Of a stretch of DNA of 64,000 nt, positions 1 through 10,610 are shown in pieces. Both the position numbers and the translations under genes were made by a program. Source of the DNA: Leucoraja ocellata (Eukaryota); assembly GCA_036785375.1 (NCBI GenBank), contig JAWMAR010000174.1:4960001-5024000 (forward strand). Direction: 5' to 3'. The notes under the pieces were generated by a model that was not told the origin of the DNA, searched no databases, and saw only the letters and a program-made list of their open reading frames with translations. Numbering within the stretch: the first letter of the stretch is position 1; each line of letters begins with the position of its first letter.

Positions 1-220
1 AGTAACCTGAGGTTGGAGAAATGTTAGAATTCAACACAACAGCAGCTAGTCATTGATGAGCCAAGATACAAGAGTGAGCTGGTGAGATACAGACTCTAAA
101 AGTTGCAACATTTATATGGGTTCCTTACACTGTGTCAGGGGATGTATTAAGGAATTAGAACATAGTAATGAACTTAAATAAATAATTTGTACCTGTTGTC
201 ATGGAAGAAGCCACGATGGA

Positions 221-510
221 GGTAACCATAGAGATCTGTATCTCGGGTGTCCATGGAGATCTGTATCTCGGGTGTCCATGGAGATCTGTATCTCGGGTAA
301 CCATGGAGATCTGTATCTCGGGTAACCATGGAGATCTGTATCTCGGGTGTCCATGGAGATCTGTATCTCGGGTAACCATGGAGATCTGTATCTCGGGTAA
401 CCATGGAGATCTGTATCTCGGGTGTCCATGGAGATCTGTATCTCGGGTAACCATGGAGATCTGTATCTCGGGTAACCATGGAGATCTGTATCTCGGGTGT
501 CCACGGAGAT
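221..510. repeat. 25-bp minisatellite (CCATGGAGATCTGTATCTCGGGT[GT/AA]), about 11 copies, in an LRRK1 intron
   Basis: Tandem copies read directly; explains the periodic ORFs at 155-553. Confidence 0.95.
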
Positions 511-718
511 GAAACCTATAATTTTTAAATGTTGAAGAAATTAATGGGGCCAAAGTTGTTAAAAATCCTCACCATCTGGCCATCATTCCCAGGTTTTGGA
601 AAGTGGTCCAAGCCCTGTCTCTCATTAACTAATTCTACCATTGATGCAGCATCCTCATGTAGATAGATCCCTGGTCCCTGCTGCCCGCAGTAACAGGTCC
701 ACTGTCTACTCTCACTAG

Positions 719-916
719 ATTCGATGTTGCGGCACCTGGAGGCGCTGGAGGTGATGCGGAGTTTCTCAGAGTTCCGCCAGGAGAGCAGCATCCTACACAC
801 GCTGCAGCACCCGTGCATCGTGTCCCTGGTCGGCCTCTGCATACACCCACTCTGCTTTGCTCTAGAGCTCGCTCCCTTGGGCAGCCTCAACAACGTGCTC
901 AGACAGCACTCGAAAG
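719..916 (+). CDS. LRRK1: LRRK1 kinase-domain exon ([22 protein letters not shown]...VLRQHSK)
   Basis: ctcactAG acceptor and G|GTAACA donor; matches recalled LRRK1 [27 protein letters not shown]. Confidence 0.93.
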
Positions 917-1013
917 GTAACAGAACACACACGCCATCAGCCAACTGCATGTGTGGAAAATGCTTCCAGAAACGGCCAATACTGGGAATGTGAGGACTTT
1001 CAGAGGGTCAATA

Positions 1014-1455
1014 GCTGTGGGGAGAAGGCAGGAGAATGGGGTTAGGAGGGAGAGATAGATCAGCCATGATTGAATGGCAGGTTAAACTTGATGGGCCGAA
1101 TGGCCTAATTCTACAAATCTTATGATCTTATGACGGAATTAGCAGCGCTGTGCGATGGAAATTAAATGTTCAAAGACACACGTGGGTTTGCTATTTGCAG
1201 TGAATAGTGATCAGCGGTTTAGGAGCGGTGACTAGCCCACGCGGACATTTGTTTCTGGAACTTTGTGTCACACACACGAGATGGTGGGTGTGTGGAACGA
1301 GCTGCCAGAGGAGGTCGTTCAGGAAGAAACTATAATAACATTTAAAAGACATTTGGCCAGACGCATGGATAGGGACGAGTGTAGATGGGGCATGTTGGTC
1401 AGCATGGGCCAACTGGGCAAACGGCCTTTGTTTCCATGCTGGGTGACCCTATAAC
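1014..1455 (+). mobile_element. Two CR1-type LINE 3'-end fragments
   Basis: GGAGAAGGCAGG..GATCAGCCATGATTGAATGG..GGGCCGAATGGCCT tail and WNELPEEVV..FKRHL ORF2 C-terminal peptide. Confidence 0.75.
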
Positions 1456-1628
1456 TGATGCGCTACAATGCTGAGAACTATATTCTACACTCTGTATCTT
1501 CCCCTTTGCTCTACCTGTTGTACTTGAGTTGGACGATTATATTCATGTATAGTATTATCTGATTTGATTGGAAAGCGTGTACCTTGACTGGTGCTGTGAA
1601 GGTAAATTAACCATCTTCTCTACAACAG

Positions 1629-1906
1629 GGACCTCCTTCATGCCCCTGGGCCACATGCTGACCTACAAAATTGCCTACCAGATTGCTCTGGGCCTGGCCT
1701 ATCTCCACAGGAAGAAGATCATCTTCTGTGACCTGAAGTCTGATAATGTCCTGGTTTGGTCTCTGGACGTCTCCTGCCCCGTCAACGTCAAGCTCTCTGA
1801 CTACGGTGTGAGCCGACAGTCCTTTCATGAGGGGGCTCTGGGGATAGAAGGCACTCCGGGTTATCAGGCCCCAGAAATCCTGCCCGGGATTGTTTACGAT
1901 GAAAAG
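1629..1906 (+). CDS. LRRK1: LRRK1 kinase exon with catalytic loop (FCDLKSDN), DYG motif and activation loop (GTPGYQAPE)
   Basis: aacAG|GG acceptor and AAG|GTATGA donor; DYG in place of DFG is an LRRK hallmark; phase matches the previous exon. Confidence 0.97.
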
Positions 1907-2013
1907 GTATGAAACCAAACGCCTCGCTCAACAAACATGCTTTAAAAATGTTGATCAAATCTAATCGAGCAATTTACAGTAAAATCACCAGCTCTGGTGA
2001 CCTGTGTGAGCGC

Positions 2014-2882
2014 TGGTACACGGGGTATTGACAGTGTGGGTACACGGGGTATTGACAGTGTGGGTACACGGGGTATTGACAGTGTTGGTACACAGTGTAT
2101 TGACAGTATTGGTACACAGTGTATTGACCGTGTTGGTACACGGGGTATTGACAGTGTTGGTACACAGTGTATTGACAGTGTTGGTACACAGTGTATTGAC
2201 AGTGTTGGTACACAGTGTATTGACAGTGTGGGTACACAGGGTATTGACAGTGTGGGTACACGGGGTATTGACAGTGTGGGTACACGGAGTATTGACAGTG
2301 TGGGTACACAGGGTATTGACAGTGTGGGTACACAGTGTATTGACAGTGTGGGTACACGGGGTATTGACAGTGTTGGTACACGGGGTATTGACAGTGTTGG
2401 TACACAGTGTATTGACAGTGTGGGTACACGGGGTATTGACAGTGTTGGTACACGGGCTGTGAGTGTTGGTACATGGGGTATTGACAGTGTTGGTACATGG
2501 GGTATTGACAGTGTTGGTACATGGGGTATTGACAGTGTTGGTACACAGTGTATTGACAGTGTTGGTACACAGTGTATTGACAGTGTTGGTACACAGTGTA
2601 TTGACAGTGTTGGTACACAGTGTATTGACAGTGTGGGTACACAGTGTATTGACAGTGTTGGTACACGGGGTATTGACAGTGTTGGTACATGGGGTATTGA
2701 CAGTGTTGGTACACAGTGTATTGACAGTGTTGGTACACAGTGTATTGACAGTGTTGGTACACAGTGTATTGACAGGGTTGGTACACAGTGTATTGACAGT
2801 GTGGGTACATGGGGTATTGACAGTGTGGGTACACAGTGTATTGACAGGGTTGGTACACAGTGTATTGACAGTGTGGGTACAC
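2014..2882. repeat. 24-bp minisatellite (GGTACACAGTGTATTGACAGTGTT variants), about 36 copies, filling most of an LRRK1 intron
   Basis: Tandem units read directly; give 8-aa periodic spurious ORFs. Confidence 0.97.
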
Positions 2883-2942
2883 TTGCTGGTCTGGACTCCT
2901 GTTCCATTACCACTGTGTGACCTGTTTCTCCCACCCTCCCAG

Positions 2943-3137
2943 GTGGACCTGTTCTCGTTCGGCATGGTCCTGTACGAGCTGCTGTCTGGACAGCGACCGA
3001 TCCTTGGCCACCACCAGGTGCAGATTGTGAAGAAACTATCCAAAGGTATCCGACCTCTGCTGGGATCGCTGGAGGAGGTGCAGTTCCATCCGATGCAGAG
3101 CCTGATGATCGAATGCTGGGACACAAAGCCGGAGAAG
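2943..3137 (+). CDS. LRRK1: LRRK1 kinase exon ([19 protein letters not shown]...ECWDTKPEK)
   Basis: cccAG|GTG acceptor and AAG|GTAAAG donor; kinase subdomains IX-XI. Confidence 0.97.
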
Positions 3138-3154
3138 GTAAAGAAATGCCAGGT

Positions 3155-3290
3155 AGAGCCGGTGCCTCACACTGCCAGAGACCCGTGTTCAATCCCGACC
3201 TCAGGTGCTGTCTGTGTGGAGTTTGCTGATCAATGGTCAGCATGAACTCAGTGGGCCGAAGGGTCTGTTTCCATGCTGTATTTCTGAACT
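3155..3290 (+). mobile_element. Internally deleted HE1/V-SINE fragment
   Basis: B-box-like GTTCAATCC, GGTGCTGTCTGTGTGGAGTTTGC and GGGCCGAAGGG..GTTTCC tail shared with the copy at 40520-40800. Confidence 0.7.
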
Positions 3291-3784
3291 ACTAAAGGGG
3301 CATCAGAAATGACAGCGGGAGACTGAAAACCCACCGACTGAAGGTGCAGAACAGGCAAACAAAGATGGAATTTAACAAAGAATGCAGTCGGTCTCAGCGT
3401 GGTGAATATCAGAGTTACTAGTATCTTTGGTGAATATTGACCAAGGGCCGATAGAGCATGACCACAACAAGTTGTGAAATGTTCATTGTTTCACCACATC
3501 CCTTCCTATTGGGCACTTGCAGCATTTCCTGGTTTTATTTCACATCTTCAGCATCTACAGTTGTTGACATTGACTATTGGCGTTTGTTAACTTCTCCCCA
3601 GAGAATGGCTGGACGTTCCAGTGCAATCTCTCTGCCTCAAGTACACAAACTAAAGTACAATAGGTAGAGCAAGGTTAGAGGTGACAAATTCTGTCCAAAA
3701 GACATTTATGGTGCAATTTGTGATTGTAAATTTAGCTCAAGCAGCCGCTCCCGTCTGGCAGAATGTACAGAATATTAAAAACGA

Positions 3785-4130
3785 TCACTACCAGACAGAC
3801 TCAGGAACAGCTTCTTCCCGTCTGTTTATCAGGCTTCTGAACGGTCCTTCCATAAGCTAGGGTACTGTCCGATTCACCTCCACCCCATTGCGGACATTGG
3901 ACTTTGTCTCTGGAACTGATGCGCTACAATGCTGAGAACTATATTCTACACTCTGTATCTTCCTCTTTGCTGTACCGATTGTACTGGAGTTTGACTTGAT
4001 TGTATTTATGTATGGTATTACCAGGTAAGGATGGATGCTGCACCAGGTATTATCTGAACTGTTTGGATAGCGTGCAGAACAAATCCTTTCACTGTAGCTT
4101 GATACATGTGGCAATATTAAACCTGGACCT
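3785..4130 (+). mobile_element. Rex1/Babar-like LINE 3' end (partial second copy at about 1455-1580)
   Basis: Encodes ..RLRNSFFPS.. C-terminal motif followed by a 3'UTR that is repeated at 1455-1580; clade call is from recall. Confidence 0.6.
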
Positions 4131-4186
4131 AAACCCTGACCTAAGAGGTTTATACTGACTGTTCTTTTCCACATCTCTCTGCCCAG

Positions 4187-4338
4187 CGTCCGGCAGCGAG
4201 CTGTGTCGTCAGGTTGATGCGAGATCCCAGCTTCCCAGTCTTCATGTACACCCTGCAGACGGGTAGACAACACCTGTTCTGTCCTTCACTCGACCACGAG
4301 CGCACCGTCATCTTCTGGAATGAAGAAGGAAGCAAAAG
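4187..4338 (+). CDS. LRRK1: LRRK1 exon (RPAASCVVRLMRDPSFPVFMY...FWNEEGSK), kinase to WD40 junction
   Basis: gcccAG acceptor and AG|GTACGT donor; matches recalled [21 protein letters not shown]. Confidence 0.92.
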
Positions 4339-4362
4339 GTACGTCTGGCAGCATGAATCCTT

Positions 4363-4872
4363 ACTCACCTGTTGCAGCATCCATCCACACACTCACCTGA
4401 TGCAGCATCCATCCACACACTCACCTGATGCAGCATCCGTCTACACTCACCTGTTGCAGCATCCATCCACACACTCACCTGATGCAGCATCCATCCACAC
4501 ACTCACCTGTTGCAGCATCTGTCCACACACTCACCTGATGCAGCATCCGTCCACACACTCACCTGATGCAGCATCCGTCCACACACTCACCTGTTGCAGC
4601 ATCTGTCCACACACTCACCTGATGCAGCATCCGTCTACACTCACCTGGTGCAGCATCCATCCACACACTCACCTGATGCAGCATCCGTCTACACTCACCT
4701 GTTGCAGCATCCATCCACACACTCACCTGTTGCAGCATCCATCCACACTCACCTGGTGCAGCATCCATCCACACACTCACCTGTTGCAGCATCCATCCAC
4801 AGACTCACCTGATGCAGCATCCGTCTACACACTCACCTGGTACAGCATCTGTCCACAGACTCACCTGGTGCA
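4363..4872. repeat. 26-28-bp minisatellite (ACTCACCTGATGCAGCATCCATCCACAC), about 18 copies
   Basis: Tandem units starting about 25 nt after the donor. Confidence 0.95.
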
Positions 4873-5162
4873 TCAACCTGCAGAATGTGTAGTTTGTCTT
4901 GGATCCCTGTGTTACATTTACTCAGTAGATGGAAGAATGGGAATAGAAATAACCATTAACTGTTTGTGAACAACCTTTGATGTAATGTGATTAACATGAG
5001 GATCACAGGTTGTTATTGGACCTCAAAAAGACTGGGTTTTAGGGTGTTATTGCCATTCCTCACGTTCTGATGAAGTGGGATGAAGGAAGTTCCGTGGTGT
5101 CGGGATGTGTCGGGGATTTCTTAGACCATCACTGACGTTGTGTGTTTGTGTGAAACCGGCAG

Positions 5163-5280
5163 GAACTACAGTGTGGTGAATATTGACAAAGGGCTGATAG
5201 AGGTTGACCACATCAGCTGTCCAGGAGCTGGGCTGAGCTGCCAACTGAAGTTTCACACTGCACTGTGGACCGCTACTAAG
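5163..5280 (+). CDS. LRRK1: LRRK1 WD40 exon (RNYSVVNIDKGLIEV...LWTATK)
   Basis: gcAG acceptor and AAG|GTGAGC donor; matches recalled RNYTVVNTEKGLMEV..LWTATE. Confidence 0.93.
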
Positions 5281-5745
5281 GTGAGCATTGTGGAGCACCA
5301 GAGTAGCCAGAGGAGGCTGGCACTGTATCCAGAGGAGGCTGGCACTGTATCCAGAGGAGGCTGACAGTTCTATCCAGATGAGACTGGCAGCTCTGTATCA
5401 CGGCAGCACAGGGCAGCTCTCCATTTGTGTTCTGTAACACCGACAGCTGGGGTATATTTATATTACAGCTCATTTACACGTTATTTAAGCCGTTTGTAAC
5501 CACTAGGCATTGCCATTGGTGGGTGGATTATTCATGGCCCTGAACTAATGCAGAGTGGGTTGCGTTTTACGGTCTGGGCGTTAGAGACCTGGCGGCTTTG
5601 TACTTCTTACTCTGGGTCAGAGAGAAGATGACCTGAGGAAGTTCTCTCCTCCATCTAAGCTGGAGTGAGTACAGGCCCAGCACTGTCAAGCTCTACCTTG
5701 ATGAAAGAACCTTGTGTTGGTGACATGCTTCTTGTTGACGTGTAG

Positions 5746-5862
5746 GACCAGAAGATCCAGGTGTACAGTCTGAAGGGGATGTGTCCACTCAAGGTGCCGC
5801 TCCGCGTACTCGATGTTCCTGCCGTCGTCACCTGCTTCCTGTCCATATCCCGTGGAAACCAG
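5746..5862 (+). CDS. LRRK1: LRRK1 WD40 exon ([15 protein letters not shown]...SRGNQ)
   Basis: gtAG acceptor and CAG|GTAACA donor; matches recalled [23 protein letters not shown]. Confidence 0.93.
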
Positions 5863-7139
5863 GTAACATGCATACTCCCAAAGCCTGTCCCAATTGGCCG
5901 ACTGACCAGAGGGTGGTCCAGTGATAGAGTTATAATCATTGTCCCATCACACCAGGCCGACTACGTCTAGTTGGAAGCTGCTCTCGATGCAGAACCATGA
6001 GGGTCCAGATCCCACCTCCTTGTGCTGACGTTGGCTGTGCCACTCTCTCTGAGGCTCGGCAGCTGACAGCGATCCTCAAAGTCGAACAATCTTCCTCAAG
6101 CCCTGACCCGCACCGTGATCAGCGGCCGCAATGTTTGGAAACTGTAGGGTGATGGGAAATGGGGCTCGTGTCAATAGATGTTTGAGGGCCAGAATGGGGA
6201 TGATGTGCCGAAGGGCCTGTTTGCATGCTGTTGACTCTGAAGACACCATCCTCTCCCGCACCTCCCTGCAGTTTCAGCAGCAGACAAACCACAATAATGG
6301 GTCTGGCTCTCCAATGCTGTTCTTCTGGCGCCAGATGTTGCAATTCACCATCCATATGTCAATAATTAGACCACTGTCAAATTCTGAAATGTAATATGTT
6401 CTACTCCTCCTGCAATCTTACCCTCAAAGTCTTTAATTTAATCAGAACAAAGTTAACAAATGAAAAGCAGTTCCTGTCTGTTCCCAGTCCTTGTAGTAAG
6501 CAGTTGTGATTTCACTCTCCCATCTTCCATGTGCACCAGTCACCATTCTTTACCTGCGCTGGGAAGAAGGGACAAACCAAAACATCATCTATGCATTCCC
6601 TCCACAGATGCTGCCTGACCTGCTGAGTTCCTCCAGGACTTAGTGTTTTGTTTAAGATATCAGCATCTGCAGTTTTATTGAATCACCAGTTTATATCTGT
6701 TTATTTTAAGAATGGTGAACTGTGGGGTGGTCAGTGTAATTCCCAGCCATTCTTGGAGCAGGTACTTACTAACCTGTGGGAGGTATTCAGTTCATTTGTA
6801 GCTGGGCATCACATTGTCGCTGCCTAGTGGGATAGGGAATATAAACATCACTGGTGGGGTGGGCTTATGGGAAGTACTCTCCCACTTTGGTGGCAATGTT
6901 TTCTTGAGTGTGTTCCCGTACAGGGAGTGGTTGACCTTGTACTTGGACTGCCCCAGACCCAGCCCTGTGCACTGACACCCAGTGGCTCGGGCTTGTTCCA
7001 CAATGTAATGATCCACATCCTCACCTGTGAAGATCCATCGCTACCTTTGGTTCCTTCAGGAATTCGACCGACAGATGAGTTGACCTACACATCTGGTCTG
7101 GTCAGCTGCCCAAGAAGTTTTGTTGTGTTATTTTCATTA

Positions 7140-7330
7140 GGACAGTGGGTTGAGCCTCTGCCTCACAGCGCCAGAGACTCGGGTTCAATCATGACCTCGG
7201 GTGCTGTATGTGTGGACGTTCTCCCTCTGGGTGTGGGTGAGAAAGTGGAATAACACAGAACCAGTGTGAATGGGAGATGAATGGTTGCTGTGGACTTGGT
7301 GGGCCGAAGGGCCTGTTTCCATGCTGTACC
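7140..7330 (+). mobile_element. HE1/V-SINE fragment
   Basis: tRNA-like B box GGTTCAATC plus the 3' tail shared with 40520-40800. Confidence 0.7.
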
Positions 7331-7398
7331 GGCTGGATAAGATGAATCGGTCACTGCCATTTTCTGAGCGTGCATGTCTGTTGATTTCTTTGCCACAG

Positions 7399-8195
7399 AA
7401 GTCTCCGCTGATGCTGGCCGGTATGGCTGATGGAATGGTTGCTGTTTATTCCTTGGCCAGTGAACTTCCCTGGGATTGGTCTGCCTACCTATGCTCACGT
7501 TCTGCAAACAACCTGCGGTTTAAAATTCCCGACAGTGACCGGCGCCAGAATGCTTACCCCGTCACCGCCATCTTAGCGGTCAACAATGAATCGGAGGTGT
7601 GGTACACCAATGGTCCTGGGATCCTGGTCATTGACACACTGACCGTGGAGATCAGTCGCCGGTTAGAACCTTACCAGCCGCCCTCCCAGGTCATCTCCAT
7701 GGTGTCTAACCTGGGCTGTGACGGAGAAGAGACGGTCTGGTGTCTGGATGACAAGACAAGTACCTTGATCATGTACCGTGCCTACCAGGTGTGTGCCCAT
7801 TATGCCTGCAATGACTGCAATCCATTGAGAGACATGTTTCCCATCCAACATCCTGTTGGTGTCATGGCAACATTAGCCATCCAGGACAGCAGTGAATCCC
7901 ATCCCACAGATACAACCTTCATTGTCACCGATGAGGTTGGGACACAGATCTTACAGCGTTGTGACTCTGTGACCGATTACTGTTCAATATCCTCCTGCTC
8001 TTCCTCCGCCAACAACACAAACATTCGTTTCCCCTCCAGCCCAACAAGTATTCCCAATTCTCCCGACTTCGAGGGACCTGGAACGCTGAACGTTCTGGGC
8101 GGTGGGTCCCAGGACATCACCCCAACACCAGAGAATCGCCAACAGCTGCGGGCTGTCAAAGTGCTGGCCGTGAGGGACACACTATGGGTTCCCAG
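7399..8195 (+). CDS. LRRK1: Large LRRK1 WD40 exon (KSPLMLAGMADG...LAVRDTLWVP)
   Basis: ccacAG acceptor and AG|GTGAGT donor; EVWYTNGPG, RRLEPY, VWCLDDK, PLRDMFP and TDYCS motifs. Confidence 0.96.
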
Positions 8196-8342
8196 GTGAG
8201 TGAGTGAGTGAGTGAGTGAGGGGCACAAGGTGAGGATCCAGGTGAGTGAGTGAGTGAGTGAGTGAGGGGCACAAGGTGAGGATCCAGGTGAGTGAGTGAG
8301 TGAGGTGCACACTGACGTGTTGTTGCCATGTTCCCCCTACAG

Positions 8343-8444
8343 GGAGGGTGGGGACATTGTGGTGATCGAGCTGCAGACACAGATTGGCGGTGAGTCGGGC
8401 AGAGTGGTGTCAGTGCTGAGGGCTGGAGGAATGAATGAGGACAG
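8343..8444 (+). CDS. LRRK1: LRRK1 penultimate coding exon (REGGDIVVIELQ...GRVVSVLRAGGMNED)
   Basis: cctacAG acceptor and AG|GTGAGA donor; matches recalled RRGGDVIVIGL..GRVIAVLKA; absent from the ORF track. Confidence 0.9.
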
Positions 8445-8453
8445 GTGAGAGGA

Positions 8454-8605
8454 ACACACGGCACCCACACGCCTGACACACGGCACCCACACGCCTGGCA
8501 CACGGCACCCACATGCCTGACACACGGCACCCACATGCCTGACACACGGCACCCACACGCCTGGCACACGGAACCCACACGCCCGACACACGGCACCCAC
8601 ACACG
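8454..8605. repeat. 20-bp minisatellite (ACACGGCACCCACACGCCTG), about 7 copies
   Basis: Tandem units read directly. Confidence 0.9.
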
Positions 8606-9310
8606 GTGTCCCAAACACAACACGCAGCACCAATACACACACCATGACCCAAGCAGGAGTCGTACTCATTTACAGTCCCAGATGGGAGTGGTTTACTGGG
8701 TCAGATTATAATTTAACTGTGTTTATAAAACAGAACTTTGGCAAATGTATAAACTTGGAATATTTTACAATCTCATCCTTATTTGTTCACCAGCTGATTT
8801 AGTGTTTAGATTCAGCGCGAAAACAGGCCCTTCGGCCCACCGAGTCCGTGCCAACCAACGATCCCCGTTCACCAGCATCATCCTACACACGAGGGGCAAT
8901 TTACAGGCCTGCATATCTTTGGCCCTGGTCTATAGCACTGTGTGGCAGCAGCTCTACTGGATTTATTTAATTTTACAATTGGTTTTCTAAAGCACCTCAA
9001 CCCCCCTCGCCTCCCCCCTCCCCCCCCCCCCCCCCCCCATCTCATCCCCACCAATGCTGACTCCACGCTCGCGGCTGTGCCAGTGTTTAGCGGGGCAAGT
9101 GTCAAGGAATCGGCAGCTCCTCCAAACACGGTGTCCTCACACTCCCCTCACACTTGTCGACTCACCAGAGTTCTCTGGAGTGGAACCCGGCACGGCCGTT
9201 AATACTACCGTTGCTACTGTTGTTAATACTGATATTGATACTGATATTGATACTGCCGTTGATGCTGCCATTAATACTGACACCACTCCCTGTTGTCCCG
9301 TTCCCCACAG

Positions 9311-9488
9311 CTCCCTGGTTGAGGCAGCCCTGGTGGCACAGGACACGGTGGTTTGCTGTCTGCTGGATGCGGCTGGAGAGTGGCGGTTGTGTGTGTGGAG
9401 GGGCTGGGGCTCCCAACAATTCCAGCTCTTCTACCAGTCCCTCGAAGAGCTGGGGACGATGGAAGTCGGCATGCGCAGACGGAGGTAG
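9311..9488 (+). CDS. LRRK1: LRRK1 last coding exon (SLVEAALVAQDTVVC...VWRGWG..FYQSLEELG..MRRRR*)
   Basis: ccccacAG acceptor and TAG at 9486-9488; matches the recalled C-terminus [21 protein letters not shown]..TRKRR. Confidence 0.96.
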
Positions 9489-9705
9489 CAGAGACAGAGG
9501 CAGAAAAAGATCTGTGAATTAATGCTTAACGACAAAACCGAGAAGCAAAGACAACATGTGGAGGAAGTTGGAGGAATCTGCAGCCTCTTGCCTTCTGCTG
9601 ACACACAGCTGAACTGTGGCCTCACCTCAGTCACATTCTCCTCAATGTGGAAAGCCACAGAGATCGTATGCAAAGAGTTTAAATGGACTAATTTATTTAT
9701 TATGC

Positions 9706-9711
9706 AATAAA
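9706..9711 (+). terminator. Probable LRRK1 polyadenylation signal AATAAA
   Basis: First canonical hexamer, about 220 nt after the stop, followed by a GT-rich tract. Confidence 0.65.
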
Positions 9712-9819
9712 TACAATGAAGACATTAATTGTCAGTGTGGGGTGCTGACAGGTGCAGCGTTCTGAAGTCAAAACCTCCCTCAAACCAGCAGAGTTGTGTC
9801 CTTCATCTCCAGTGAAGCC

Positions 9820-9921
9820 GGGCACTGGGTCGGGTCAGGGGTCAGCCACTGGGTCGGGTCAAGGGTCAGCCACTGGGTCGGGTCAGGGGTCAGGCGCTGG
9901 GTCAGGGGTCAGGCGCTGGGT
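9820..9921. repeat. 24-bp G-rich tandem repeat (CACTGGGTCGGGTCAGGGGTCAGC), 3-4 copies
   Basis: Read directly. Confidence 0.85.
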
Positions 9922-10479
9922 CTACAGTGAGGGATTTAGGGGCTCTTACAGCTTTTATTTCATTTGTGAACATCCAAGATGAATCTGCTTGGGACTTGGC
10001 TGCGTGAATTCAAAGCTCAGGTGCCCATGAACTGGTGAATTAGGACAGGCTGGTTACAACAGATGCACAGGACTCCTAAAATTACCTCTGAATGCCATGT
10101 ACTAATGGCGAAAACACCATGATCAATGCCTTTTAGGGACACACCATAGCATAAAGGGGCCGTTGAACGTCACACAGCATATCAGGTGCCAGGTTACAAG
10201 CTATGCAAGTGACACTTCTTGCATATGACGTGCACAGCTTAAAGTTGTAGGACAACTTGTTCTATTTGATCTTATCGATTGTGCACGCCGGGTTGGTTGC
10301 ATTCGTCGAAACATGGTGGACCACGTGAAGGTTGCAATCTCCCGCCCCAACAAGTGTCACTGAATATTTATGAAGAAGCACTTTGGGTTCAACTCGAACA
10401 CAGCATTTTGAAAGGATGCAGGGACCAGCAGGGGGCACTAATGAGCTCCATATATAAATGATGAGTGAAGGTGAACTGC

Positions 10480-10610
10480 AGATAGACATAAACGGCTGGA
10501 GTAACTTCAGATCTGAATCTGAAGAAGGGTCTCGACCCGAAACGTCACCCATTACTCCTCTCCAGAGATGCTGCCTGTCCTGCTGAGTTACTCCAGCTTT
10601 TTGTGTCTGA
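10480..10610 (+). mobile_element. Penelope-like terminal repeat with intact minimal hammerhead core at 10519-10546 and a short inverted partial copy upstream
   Basis: CTGAAGA-A-GGGTC-TC-GACCC-GAAA-CGTC; same repeat family terminates the GIY-YIG remnant at 32670-33950. Confidence 0.75.

Noticed and set aside
155-553. Overlapping repetitive ORFs and a CRISPR-like look of the 25-bp array
   Set aside because: Units are contiguous with no unique spacers, there are no cas genes and the context is a vertebrate intron; a minisatellite.
1942-3245. Long 260-433 aa ORFs on both strands
   Set aside because: Stop-free translations of a 24-bp minisatellite; only 2943-3137 is a real exon.
4339-4969. His/Pro-rich extension of the 251-aa ORF
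   Set aside because: Read-through past the donor into a minisatellite.
9054-9310. N-terminal part of the 144-aa ORF and the Leu/Ile-rich 122-aa ORF
   Set aside because: Intronic low-complexity triplet repeats upstream of the acceptor at 9310.
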